DNA of 64,000 nucleotides from Podarcis gaigeae (lineage: Eukaryota), in the NCBI GenBank assembly GCA_964106915.2, contig OZ066923.1. One strand, 5' to 3'. Every line of letters starts with the position of its first letter. Positions within the stretch are counted from its first letter, which is position 1. A program made the translations under genes and the position numbers. A model generated the notes under the pieces. That model did no database searches and was not told where the DNA came from. It saw only the letters and a program-made list of their open reading frames with translations. Shown here one piece after another: positions 13,365-27,435 of the stretch.

Positions 13365-16300
13365 AGTGCCCTGTGGTCTTGTATATACAAATTTTAACAC
13401 TGATGGCATATCACTAAACTCCCAAATAATCTCAGCATAACAGTTACACATGCATATACTTCTGATAGTATTTTGGTCTTATACATAGGTAGTTTAGTAC
13501 AGGTATGCATGCTGATCTCTAACCAGTAGAAAGAGTATACTGATTTTGCTGAAGGGCCCTATTGCTAAGATATTCATCTTCTCAGTTCACTTGAACAGCA
13601 GTTCTGAAATGTTATACAAGTGAACATCTTTTTCAAATGGAATAAGTATTATGAAATTGGTAGATCCAAACCCTTTCTTCTTTTGATTATTTATACTGCC
13701 CACAGCCAGAGTATATACTTGTAGCAGCCATATAAGAATCAGATGGTCTAAATCCCTGTGTTTTCAACAGGTATATATTGTAGTTTTATATGAATGGAAG
13801 ATGATGGGATGCAAGACATTTTGCATATTTTCTGAGACTTCATAGAGTTTCCTCAACCCTAGTTCAAGAATTCTAAATGATGTAACAAGATCATTCCAGA
13901 CCTTCTGATTACAGCTGAAGGCACAGTTTCCCAGTAGCTTGAAAGAGGACACTTCCTATATTGGCTTATTGCATTCTCAACAGCCCATTTTACTACCCAA
14001 GTACTCCAGTGTCTTTGGGACCAACATTATCCATCCAACACCCTTACTTTTCTCAACAAACGCTTACTTTGTCCCTTCACTTACTTCCCCTTTTCAGATG
14101 TGGATTTCTAAATGTGGAAGTATCAGGGCCAACCCTATGCCATATCAAATGATAAATTGGAATAAAGTTTAAAGTTGTAATTAAACTCACAACATGGAAA
14201 ACAGAAAATGTAATTGGCAACAAAGGGAAACCTGCCAAAGGTGAGAATAGGGAATGGAAGAGGAAGGGGATTCCCCCCCCCCCCGCACACCTAATTTGCG
14301 CTCCTCAATTCTTCTCATCCTCTAAACACACATGCACACATCATTTGTTCTGCGCAATCATGTCATAATTATTTCTTAGAAGTAAAATAGAGATCTATAA
14401 ATATACAGCTCTGACAAAAATCCAATTCAAGTATAATTGTGCTGTCCAGTATGTATGTTACAGAGGTACGTTCCTTTGGGAAGATTATAGAGACAGTAAG
14501 GTTGGAATTGTATATCTAGCAGGCAGAGTGCCAGTGCTAGTTTGTTGGGTATATATGCAGCAGGAGCAATACAGGCATACATACATACATTAGCTAGAGT
14601 CTTTAGTAGCCTAGTTTTGCCCATCAGTCTGGGATAAAGCGGAATTGGAGTTGCACACTTTGAGGGACCACAATACATACATGGTACGTAATGAGAGAAA
14701 GAGTCTATCCTCCATTCTTGGAATTTGCCTCTTACCTTGATGCTGACCTTCTGCACAGATCTTAAAATTAGATGCCATAGCCACATTCACCGTTTGGATA
14801 CCACTTTAAATTGTGTTGTTTTACCATTTTGATGTTTGCTGCCCTGGGCTCCTTTGAGAGGAAAGGTAGGAGATACAAATTTAATAAATGAATGAATCTC
14901 ATTTCCCACCGTCTACTCTCTAATGTTCCATGAGAATTTTTTTCCTGCCATGCCTCTCTGTCTGAAGGTTATTCCCTCTTTTGGGATGTGGTAGTTCTTT
15001 GCTAATAGGATGGTAGAGGGTTGAATTACAGCTCCCAAGATGTAATCTTGAGTCCTTCACAGTGTTCTTGTTTGCTGACAGGAGATTTAGGGATGAATTA
15101 AAGGAAAGTAAGCATTGCTTCTACTCAAACCAGCAGCAACAGTTAAAGAAAGAACTTGAGCTCATTGAAAGGCATAAGAATACGACAAAAAAAGGAAGAA
15201 TTCTGAAGACCTGCTCCATGCCCAACTAAGGTGATTGTTGGGCTCTGCTCCTGAGTTGCTAGAGAGATACCTTGGAATCTGGGCCAGCTGCCAATTTTTT
15301 TTTCATGACTGCAAGGATCACAGTATCCACAAAAACTGCGGCTGCACGACCTCTCGTGTCATCTTCCTATCCCAGGAATACCCGCTGTGACGGGCTAGAG
15401 CAGGTTACCATGGCAATATGTGCTCTCCCCTGGAGACAGCACTTTATCCCACTTTCAGTGATATAAAATGAGTCCTTATGTTGGTTCCCTCCTCCCTGCC
15501 ATCAGTTTGAAAAGAAATGAGGCTAATGTGATATGATTTGAGCTTGGGAAAGATACCCTGCATAAGAATTCATGTGTGTTCAGTGTGTATGTGCACATGC
15601 ATGCTTGTGCTCATGTATGCATCTGTGTGTTCCTTGAATGTATGTGTGTATTATATGCATGGATGCTGCAGAGAATATTAATGCTACTCTCCCTGTTTTT
15701 GAGTAGGACTCTTGCATGGCTGCTTACATGCACCAGTGTCATTCATACATGCCTATATCAGTAGACTGTTTGCATGAAGAGCTGACCAACATTGACCCTG
15801 AACAGCATCTCCTCTCTCTACATTTTACACTGATACTCCTTGATGTCTTATTCATGGCTCTAAATCATTTTGTCCAATTCTCCCCATCTGACCCACACTG
15901 TGTTACATTGCATATAGCCACATTAATTATTCTGGTTATGACCTACAGTGTGCATTGTTTCCATAAAACCACTTCCATACTCCTCCCCACCACTACTCAA
16001 GTCCTCAAAATACTCTTTCTAAGGAGATCAGAAAGGCTGTTCTCCTCTTAAATCCCTTCCAGAGACCCACTTCTGCCACAAAGACTATAAGAGCCTTTCA
16101 GATTAATTCTCTAATATCCCAGAAAAAATGTTTTCCCTTTTGGAGGATACACATTAGCCTTCCCAAAGTAACTCTCCTTTTAATATTCACGACCCATCCT
16201 TCCTTTATTTCACCTTTGCTTCTTCTTCAAATACTTTTTAATGTCCTTCATTGCAGGGATCATAAATTATCATCCATATCAGGCAGTGGCTGGCACACTT

Positions 16301-17086
16301 TACAGCGCTCTACAAATAGTAATCTACAGATGTTATGCAAAGGAAAGAGGTGTGTATATGAATAAGTCTGTGTATATATGTGGGTGATCAGCCTATGTTA
16401 ATATTTTTATTTGTCTGCACCCTTTGTTGTGTAGACTAGACTACACAACAGAGTGAGTATACGCAATGCGTATTTTTTATGTAAAAGGATATTAATTCCT
16501 TTGTAATGTTAAAAACAGGAAAGTCAAATTCCCTGTGGATATTGTGCACTCAGTTACAGGCCTTTTATCAGTTCTGGGCTGGCTGTGAACCGGGTTTTTC
16601 TGAATATACAGCTAATGGGAAGGAGTAGATTGTCATGCAGTAATATCAGTGACCCAACCTGTGAAGTTTAGACACTTTCACAGGAGTTGTCTTAGTGCCT
16701 TTGGCTGCTTGTTTTGTTGGTAAAAGATTCTCTGGTGGTATGGGAGTTTCTGAAGGAGTCAGGAACTGAAGCAGAGGCAAGATAGTGCTGGGTTGGCTGA
16801 ACTTCCCCATAAATGAGCGCCTGTGGGGAGTCTTGTGCAAAGAGGAAAAATGATAAGCACTTGAGGTCTGACTACAGTTTATTCACTTGGAAGTACATGA
16901 GGACAGAGGCAAGTGAGAGGGACTTGAACCCAGAGCCAAGTGTTCTGAACCCAGAAGCATGTTTTACTAATTGGATGAATGGAACAGCAGCACAGTCCAT
17001 CTGTATGTCTTGGAAGATGTGGAAAGGCCCAAGCCATAGGCCTCTCATATCCTGTTTTCCTCTGCCACTAATTTCCAATAAGGTAT

Positions 17087-17590
<504 letters not shown>

Positions 17591-17709
17591 TCAGATCACA
17601 TCATGCTCAGAGCAATAATTCATTTCAGTGCAGCTGCTGTGGCTGAACACTTAAATATACAGGGATCGTTCCCTCTTCCCGGGGTGTAGCTTATGTCATA
17701 TGCTGAGAG

Positions 17710-18319
17710 TTTCTAGGAGCTGCAGGTGAGAGCTGAGTGCAGGTTGGGGACCAAAGGTGGACAAACCACCCCAGAAGGAGCATAATGGTAGTACCCCTCC
17801 CCTAACACCCCAGGTGGGGGTAGCTGATGGATTTCAAACCCTTGGTGAGTTAGGGACTCCCCCTGTATGCAAAGACAGGCTCCGAAGCAGATGAGACCAA
17901 TAGTGGAACCAATGATCAAGAAGGCAGTTTCTGTATGTGCTGTAGAGGGAAGTGAGGGGCAGATGGGACTCATCAACCTCGGAAGATAGCCCATCTAGAA
18001 GTAAAACTGTGATCCTAAGCCTCTGCTGCCTTGTAGGATATCTTCGGAAGAAGAAAAAGCTAAGTAGTAAACCCTACAAATCCAGTGTGGAATCCCTAAA
18101 ATGGTTGGATGGCACCTTGTACACCTCTGACATCACCTGCAAGCAAGTTGGTGCTCTGCTCTCCTTTGGACCACATCAGTGAGGCCCAGGACCTCCATAT
18201 ATACTGCCTAGGCTTGCACCCCAGGAAGGTCACTTAGATGCTGCTAATGCAGCAGTTTGATTTCACCTCCCAGGGGCTCACTCCATTGTCTCTTTAGACA
18301 GATGGATGCCAACAACAAA
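17710..18319 (+). mobile_element. Non-coding interspersed repeat, copy 1 (probably RTE-clade derived, CAA-rich tail), inside the last LRTM2 intron
   Basis: Co-linear homology with 31292-31810, including the identical aaacccttggtgagttagggactccccctg; ends gatgccaacaacaa. Family assignment is tentative. Confidence 0.7.
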
Positions 18320-18892
18320 GCCACCCACCCACCCCTTCTTTAACTGAGCATTTGGCCATTTTGAGTCAAGAAATGTGTTACACAGAGAACATTCTGTTTG
18401 GAAACGGAAGCATTTTTCTAGGTGACAAGTGTGAGACCCAAGACAGTCTCAAGTTATGGGGATAATTGTCTTTGTGGAATATGCTGAAAAACACCAGCTT
18501 AGCTATTCTTTTTCCACAGCCTTTTAACCACCAGCAGTGTTGATAGTGCATAACTGATGTCACTGAGATTTTGCCCATGAAACTCAGAAGCCTTCATAGG
18601 CTGAAACTTCTAGTAGATTAGAGTCCCCTAAATAACGTGTGGCTAAACAAGAGTCCTCTGTATCCATCAGTAAAACAGATATTGATTGCTACCCTAAGAG
18701 ATCCTGCTACCTTTAGCCCTTTATTGCTTTCTGTTTCAACACAATGTAAGAAGAATGTCCTATACATTGCTGCTGCTTTTTTCCTGTCTACTAACACTTT
18801 ATAACAATGTTTAACTTGCCCTTGGCCCAAAATCAGACTCACAAGGTGAATTGGAAAAAGAATTTGAACAACAATCAATGACATTACTAAGG

Positions 18893-18905
18893 GAGAGAGA
18901 GAGAG

Positions 18906-18949
<44 letters not shown>
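18893..18949. repeat. (GA)n microsatellite, imperfect
   Basis: Directly visible. Confidence 0.95.
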
Positions 18950-18954
<5 letters not shown>

Positions 18955-19800
18955 AACTTGTCTGAATCAAAAAGGGTAGCCAACAATTAAAGCTCTTGCT
19001 TTTAGCTCAGGTTATAGTGTTTCAGCAGTTAGAAATATTTAACATTTCCCATCAGTAATAACAACATACTACAGTTAATTGACTCAAAGGTTACTGTTAA
19101 TTAACACCTCATCATTGACATATATGCTGCTGAGCCATTTTTCACCCAGATGGGAGAACGTAGATATAAAATTATGGTTGCCTGGGCACTGGCTCTATTG
19201 AAACAGTGAAATCCCCATTGAGAGAGCAGAGGTCAAAGTCCACTGTGGGAAACTTGCACATAATTGGTAGTACTAAGGTCAAAATCCAAACTGCGCAATA
19301 CGACCACTGACTTTCCCTCTGCTTTGTTTGGTGTTTAGCACCAGTGAAATTGCCTTATCAAGGAAAATATCTGAATGCATTCTGTAATTCATTTTGCATT
19401 CTAGCAACTACGCGTTCCCCTGATCTTTTTCCTACTGTAGTGATTTGCCGCCCGTGAATTCGGAAACTCCAAAATGATCAGATGGGCTTTACCCCTTCCT
19501 CATCTTGACCCCTTCAATTATATCCTCTTCTGAAAGTTTGGACAACTGTCAGCATTTGCAAAGAGAAATTTGGATGAGAAGATAACCTGCAACTCCAACT
19601 ACAACATACGACTTTGTAACATAATACGGCAGGATTATAATGCATAGTGACCATTCTCCATATCTGAGAATTAGAATTTAGGTCAGCCTGATCAGTCCAA
19701 CATCTCTCTCTTTTCTGTCTAGCTGCTCCTTTTCAGCCCTTTATAGCCAGGAAAGACTAGGAGTGCATAACCTTCAATATTGAGATTTGGACCTCTCTCA

Positions 19801-20445
<645 letters not shown>

Positions 20446-23400
20446 TCATTGGTAGACTGTATGCACAGTTTCACTTAAGATTTTTGCCTTCCTTTGCAGC
20501 CAGATGCAGAATGTCTTCTCATGTCTAGTGAGAAGAATCTACCTTGTGCCTCATGCCCAGTTGGTATGACCCTATATAGGATAGCTTCTTAATAGTCTCA
20601 GTTCTCTTAATAGTCTGTGATTAGAATGATAACCAAATGAACTTCCTCATGGATGAATCCTTCTACTGCCAGATGGGTTCCCACAGTGTGAACTTTCTTT
20701 TAGCCTTTTATGAGCTAGCAGGGCTAAGGAATAAACATTATTACAGTATGGTGGGGTAGAAAGGTCAGCATATTCCCACATGGCTTTGCTGCCTGATTCC
20801 AGTGTGCTTCAATATGATAGATACAATAAAGCCAAGCATGATGGAAGAACAACTCAGAGCTAGAATAGAAAATTACTAACTCTTTCTAAATTATCAGAAT
20901 AGTTTTGATAATATTTAATTGGACACCTTTAAGTTGTTACTTAGAAAGCAAATTATCAATTCATTGTGTTTTCTTTAGAACAGGATTTGTGGTGGTCAGA
21001 AATGATTTTGACCCCAGTACAAATTTTAAGGTATTTAGCATTTTGCAGCCAATGTCCAAAGACCCTGGTTACACATGAACTACTAAAATCCATGCTACAT
21101 ATCTAAGACCTAAATAATGAAGCCTGAAAGAGAAACCTTGTACAATTTTCTGAAGGTCAACAAAAAAAGCACTCAAAGGATGAAGTAGAGCAGGCAATAC
21201 GTTTGAAAGGTGTGTTCCCCCAAAGAAAATGCCCTTCCATTTGCTTCCTTCCGTGGAATGAAAGAATCTTAAAACTAGATGGTTTTACCTGATTTAAATA
21301 ACTTAAAGGTGAATAAATGTTCCCAAAGTCAGCAGCCCTTGATCTACAGTTGAAAAAAAGCATTGCAAACTGCTTTCATTTTCTAAGCACGTCATACATT
21401 TTGGATTTGGGTTAAATCCAAAACCAATGAATATGCATATGGACCTGAATACTGATACCTAATTCAAGGGCTAAATCCAAATCTTATACCTGTTTCCCAT
21501 ACAGTCTTTGGTATTAAGTAATGTGGTATTTGTTGAACCATTTCAGGTTCCAAACAAAGTCTGTAATCTGAAGGATTCTTAATAAGTTTCTTCCTCTCAG
21601 TTAAGTGAATTGACATCTATACAGGTCCACCAGATGCTGATTCAAGTTTCTACCCCAACTCTCCTAACAAAAGTTAAGCAATAGGTGGTGAGGGTGGGGG
21701 TGTTCTGTGGCCTCACAGTAGCCTTTCTACTAAGAAGAGGCCAGGGTCAATAGCATAGATGTTACAATGGATGCCATGAACCCAGAAAACAGATCCTGTT
21801 GGCACCAGAGTTGGTATTCTCTGTCTAGAGGTATTTAATTCCACTCAGAGTATCTCATTCTATGGATGTAGGATGATGCTTGAAAGAACAAGAGGGAAGG
21901 GAAAGTGACATGAATTGTGCAAGTGATCTTTCTTTTCTTGGATGCTTGACTGAAGTACCATATTAATTATACAGTGATATCTGTGATGATGAGAGCACAT
22001 TTAGCTGCTTTGTGTACAGGGAAAGGTGAGAATGTATCAGGTAAGGCTATATAGGTGACACTCTTCTATGTCTGTTTTAGCAAATGCCATCCTTTCTGCT
22101 CTAACCCCTAGTTGAGCACCTCTGGGAAACCATCATTAGTTCTGCTACCCCTACCAGACATCTGGGTGCATAATTTCCTGAGAATTTTAATTTACACCAC
22201 AACTCTACTACTATAATGACGGTTGAGAGAGGCAGGGGGACAATGTTACATGTTTTCCTGAAGGAAACTCCAACAATATCGACTAGGCAAAAATGTAAGG
22301 TCATGGTGTGGTTAGTTAGGGATACAGGTATGGTTACTCAGGTCTCCAAAGGCAGTGTGCCTGTGAATGCTCAGCAGAGCAGGTAGGAATTTTTTGTCTC
22401 ATGAAAAGTAGCATTAACTACTAAACAATAGTCTAAGTGAAATATTCAGCATACTGTATGATCTTATGTCAAGAAAAGGTAATGTTACTTTGTGAGATGT
22501 TCAGGACTGTAGTAAGATGATCCAGGAATATAAGATTAGGTCTGAGCTCAGTGGCGTTTAGAGTAAATAATTTATAATGGCAATCTAGGAAGCAAGGGTG
22601 TATAACAAAGGCAAGGCTCTTAGGCAAAAGGAAATAATTTCCTCTGTAAATATCATTGGCATCTTGTGTTCTGACCCCTAGTCTTTCTTTTTGGTGTGAG
22701 TCTATACCCCCTGCCTAGCTTAGCTGCATGTATCCTCATTAACAAAAATAACTCTCTTCATAACTCACTGCAGATATGGCTTGGTGGTTCCACTGGAGTA
22801 CACTTAGACTGAAGTCCTATACCTGCTTATCCAGGAATAGTTCCCACTGAACTCAATGGGATTTATTTCTAAGTAGGTCTGCATAGGTTTGTGCTGTTAG
22901 CCTACCTCAAACTTCTATTGTTCCTGCTTTATCATAGCCACATTTTTTAAAGCTCTGGAGCTAATGCCCCAGCAGGGATTGTTCACTAAGAAAACGAACT
23001 ATGTGAGCTCTTTTGGAAACTATTAGTGGGGGGGGGGGAAATGTTGGTGTGTGCATGCAAATATTACACGAAACACATCAACATACCACTGCTTCCACTT
23101 TTCCCCCCTAGTGCATGGCTTAATTCAACTTCTTGAACCTCATACTGTAAGAATCATCGCAATGAGTAGTTTAATGAAATTGGGCCAATATAGGCTGCTT
23201 CACAAATGACACCATCTGGATTTTGACATTTGTAAAGCTTGTGAATATAGTTAATATGGTCTGTAACATAGGAAAGAGCAACTTAAACTTTAAGTATAGT
23301 CCTTTGCAATGTGACTATGACAATTGAATAGCCTGGTCAACGTATGACATGACTATCATGAACTGAAATGGTTTTGAGATGTGCATCACAGGTCCTCACA

Positions 23401-23833
23401 TCATTAATTTTTCCCTGTGAGTGTTTGGCCTTCTCTGTACTGCAAAATAATGGGTGTTATATTTTTAAGAGGGCAAAAATATTAACTTTTGTGGGTTGTT
23501 GTGATACCAACATATACAGGACTGACAATGGGAGGTGATAAAGGTTCCTTTGCATATTGGGCATCCTTCAGGCATTAAGAGCAAGTTGGTACCCACTCTT
23601 TTACCACTCTCAAGCCTGTTCAAATCACAACCTGTAACCACTAATTATTATTATCTGCAACATGTGAAAGCACCGTTGCTTCTTCCTTTGGCATTACACT
23701 TCTTGTCATTCGTAGGGGGGGGGGGGAAATCTGAGCACTACACTCACTATTGAAATAAAAACACCCTCCCTTCCCCTCACTGGAGAAATAGGGGACAGCC
23801 TCCTGCTTAGCAAACAACCTGGGTAGTACTTAC

Positions 23834-23900
23834 AGCTAGTTTTTCTCCATCTCAGGGAAAGCCTGTTGCTCCACCAGTAGCCTCCACTCAGAGACAGCAT
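23834..23900 (-). CDS. LRTM2: LRTM2 first coding exon (67 nt of CDS): MLSLSGGYWWSNRLSLRWRKTS(L); probable exon acceptor at 23987
   Basis: ATG in ccATCATG context (A at -3), 22 codons + 1 nt, then T|gtaagt. Phase 1 matches the next exon. RLSLRWR resembles RLALQWR in mammalian LRTM2. Upstream acceptor ttttaccttctag|. Confidence 0.85.
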
Positions 23901-25282
23901 GATGGTTACTGTTTTCCCCGTGGTGTCTTGTGCCTGCCAGCCAGGCTGGCACACTTTCTTGCAGGAATGAACAGCAGTCTGATGAATCTAGAAGGTAAAA
24001 GCAGAACAAAAGAGCACGTGGCTATCAGGGGTCTAACAGAATCATATATAGGTCTGGGAGAAACCTCACTGAAATTAACTGGCTTTACTATCAGGCAAGG
24101 TGAGACATCTTTAGTAATTTTTTTAAAATAAAAAATAAATAAAATAAAATGTGCTCACTGAGGATTGGCAGAGGGAAAAGCATCTCCAAAATTCTGCTAG
24201 GTATGTGTAGGGAAGTTGGAGCAATTTTTCTGGGAAATCTGAATGCTCAGAGTAGGCATGGTGCCATCTTGGAAGTGCTTCTCAACTGCTGGTGAAGGGG
24301 AAGGCCAAAAAGATGAGATGAGGTGGCTGGCAGGGGAGTGTAGAAAAAAGGCTGAAAGAACTCTGCCAACCCTTAGATATAAGAAAACCACATTTTAATG
24401 GACCTTAATCAGAAAGCAATATTAGATAAGGAACAAGGATTGTTCATTGCTTTGAAATTGGCTATATCAGTGCAGGTGTACTGGAGTTTTTTTAGCAGAG
24501 AAATGCATAAAGGTAGATGGGAGGGGTTTAGATTGCATCATTAATTACTAATCACATAACAAATGATATCCAATTTGTGTGTCCAACATTCCTTGTCGCC
24601 ACACATAAAGTGCAATGAATTGCATTTACGAAATATTGCAGTTTTGATAGCAGAAAAAATGCAATGTTGCTACAACAAAAGAGTAAACTTGAGGGAAGAT
24701 GTGCAGATTATGTGCAACAAACAAGAAACAATTATGGAGGAACTTGTACAAAAAGGCCTGAAGTAGCCTCTTTCCACTCCATGTCTGGCAGTATTGATTC
24801 GATGCAATCCCTCTTCTGCTCTGTGGGGAAAAACATTGCTCCCTCTAGGAAACTCTTGAATCCTCCCTGTGCCTGCTTTACATGTTTCCTGTGTGTGTTA
24901 AGTTCAGAGCAGAACTAATAAATCACACATGGAACTGCTTGTTGGAGGTTCCTTGCTAGCTAGGTTGAGGACATCCTCCTAATCATCACCCCACTTTCCC
25001 CACTGCAAATGCTGTCCGATGCCCACACCCCCCTAGGACATATAAACATTCCCAATTAATAAATGATACCATCATGGCTAAATGTAGTAGAAATACATTG
25101 TATAGAGTCATGGTTGCCTCAGTTAGTTTGCAACAAGAGAAATCCCAGTGCCAGTTTTAAGCCTGTTCAGAAGCTAAATCTTCTGACCTGAACATCCCGC
25201 CTCTAATCCCAGATGTGTGTAACTTCTCACTGGTGAGAGGAAGCCATTCTTCATGTGCTTAGAGACACCCTAGAAGCTGGTT

Positions 25283-25458
25283 CACAGTGCAGTTCAGTGG
25301 TAGAGCATATGCTTTGCATGTAAAAGGTTCCAGGTTCAAACCCTGGCATTTCGAGGTGGGACTGTGAAAGACTCCTCTCTGGAACCTTGTGGCCAGTAAG
25401 TGTAGATGACAATAAGATAGATGGAGAGCGGTCTGGTGGTATACATTTCCTATGCTCA
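25283..25458 (+). mobile_element. tRNA-derived SINE (Squam3-like)
   Basis: cagtggtagagcat..gctttgcatg..aaggttccaggttcaaaccctggcat head with Pol III A/B boxes; the body is shared with several other copies in the window. Confidence 0.75.
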
Positions 25459-26959
25459 CCATCTGATGACCACAGCATCAGGTGATGACATGCATGTGTG
25501 ACTTGGGCTGTTGAAGGTTTAACATCACAGACCTTTCATGCCACTTCATATACAATGCTGTTAATTAGTTCAGATAGTCTTCTGATTTTCAGGTGTATGA
25601 GCATAGCTGTCAACGTTTTCATTTTTTTAAGGGGAATTCCCTTATTCCGAATAGGATTCCTCTCAAGAAAAGGGGAAAGTTGACAGCTATGATCAAGAGA
25701 TGCACATGCACAGGCTTGTGTGAACCAGTGCTAGGATTACTTTATTCAATCCAAGGCTACTTCACATGTCCCCAGCATTAGGAAGAAGTTGGAAGACTAG
25801 ACCTGGTGAACCGCAAATGTATCACCTAGCCTACCAATTTCTGTGTAGTCAGCTGTGGTGCTGCACTGAAATCAGGGCTTCAGAACCCATTGGGAGAAAA
25901 TAAGTGCATAAAATGCATACAGTCATGCCCCTAGGGACATGCTTGGAGCTCTTTTGTGCCGCTAAGCTTCCCTTCCCCCTCATCCCTTCTGGGTGACAAA
26001 GCGGGGGAGATGCCTGCAACAGGAGTTCCCATCTCCAATTTTGAGGGGAGAGTGCTGGTGGTTTATACAGATTTAATTTTGCAGCAGCTGAAGAGCAAAC
26101 ATGAAAGCAGAGGTATGGGGGGGGTGCAGGAATTACATTTTAATCTAAAGGAAGTGTCTGTATGTCAGAGGAGGTGAGCATCCTAATTAGAAACCCCCAA
26201 GATAATCAGTTTTATCCCCTGGTGATTATAATGAGCCACCATGACAACAGGTTCTCCCCCTGCCCTTTAGCTACCAAAGGCAGGGGCAGGAGGGGTCACT
26301 GTTTCTGGGAAGCGTCATTTACCGCTCCTCCTGCTGCTTTTTCAGATTTATTCAGGGGGAAGCTTTGCAGCCCACCCACTATTGGCTCAGAAAGGGCGAG
26401 AATGCCCACTAAAATCCGGCTTCTCCCTCCCTCCTCCCTCTTTTCCCAGTTCCTCCCCGCCTGCTCTTGGAAAATGTTATGTCTCCCTTTTGGCTTTATT
26501 TTTAGATTTGTATAATATGCCCGAAGCTCAGTCCGTGTCCATCATTTTCCTTTCCTCCTCCCTCCCCTCATTCATTTATTTTGATGGGCAATCAAATCCT
26601 CCCAAAGGCTCTTAAAATCACACAGTACAGAGGGCGAGAGGATTTGGTGTGATTCGTGAAAGCTGTTGAGAGAGATAATCTGACACGAGGATGCCGAGGT
26701 GAAAGATATTAAGAGCGTTTACAAAATATCTGCCTGCCCCCCCCCCCACAAAACACACACACAAACCACATTCCCAAAAAGAGAGAGAGAGTTGGAATCT
26801 CTCCTTGCACTTCCTTGCAAAAGGGAAAGCCTCAAACCCCTTTGCGCCTGCCAGAGCTCAGGGCTCCCACCCCAGTGCTTTTAACCAGCCGCTGGAGCAT
26901 CCTCTGGATATATTTCTTCCCTCTCCCCCTTTTTGCCAAGACACAGCAGGAGCACTTAC

Positions 26960-27435
26960 CTGGAGATGCTCTGCTTATCAGCCTGGGCTCTGGCCAAATT
27001 CCACCTTCTTTCCTCTCTTTCTCTGCCTCCTTGACTCCCAGCAAAGAGGTTTGCTCCTCTCCGAGTCTGTGTCCTATTTAACTCCCCTACCCCACAGGAA
27101 CCAGCAGCAGAGTTAAGCTGACAGCCACAGAGACTTAGCAGGCTGCGCTGGATGGCTGGGCTGGAGAGTTGATCAGTTTCAAATCCTGTTGTGGAATGAT
27201 CCTGTCCTTCCCTCCCTGAGGTATTAGGAACTGCCTGCCACTCTCTTTGCCTCTCTCATTCCCACCCCCATCGCTCAGCCTGGTTTTGCTCTACAGCTGC
27301 TGCTCTGATGTTATCAACAATCCACCTGTACGGCTGGGCTCAAGTACAACCAAAGGGACGTACACCTTTCAAAAGGACAACTTAACAATGCTGCTACCTG
27401 ATTGTGCTGAGGACGTGAGGGCAGAAAACATATTT
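26960..27435 (-). promoter_or_regulatory. Candidate LRTM2 5'UTR exon or proximal alternative first exon
   Basis: Perfect minus-strand donor CAG|gtaagt at 26960/26959 and a possible acceptor (T/C tract + taag) at 27436. Lies in a repeat-free block. The 5' boundary is uncertain. Confidence 0.45.
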
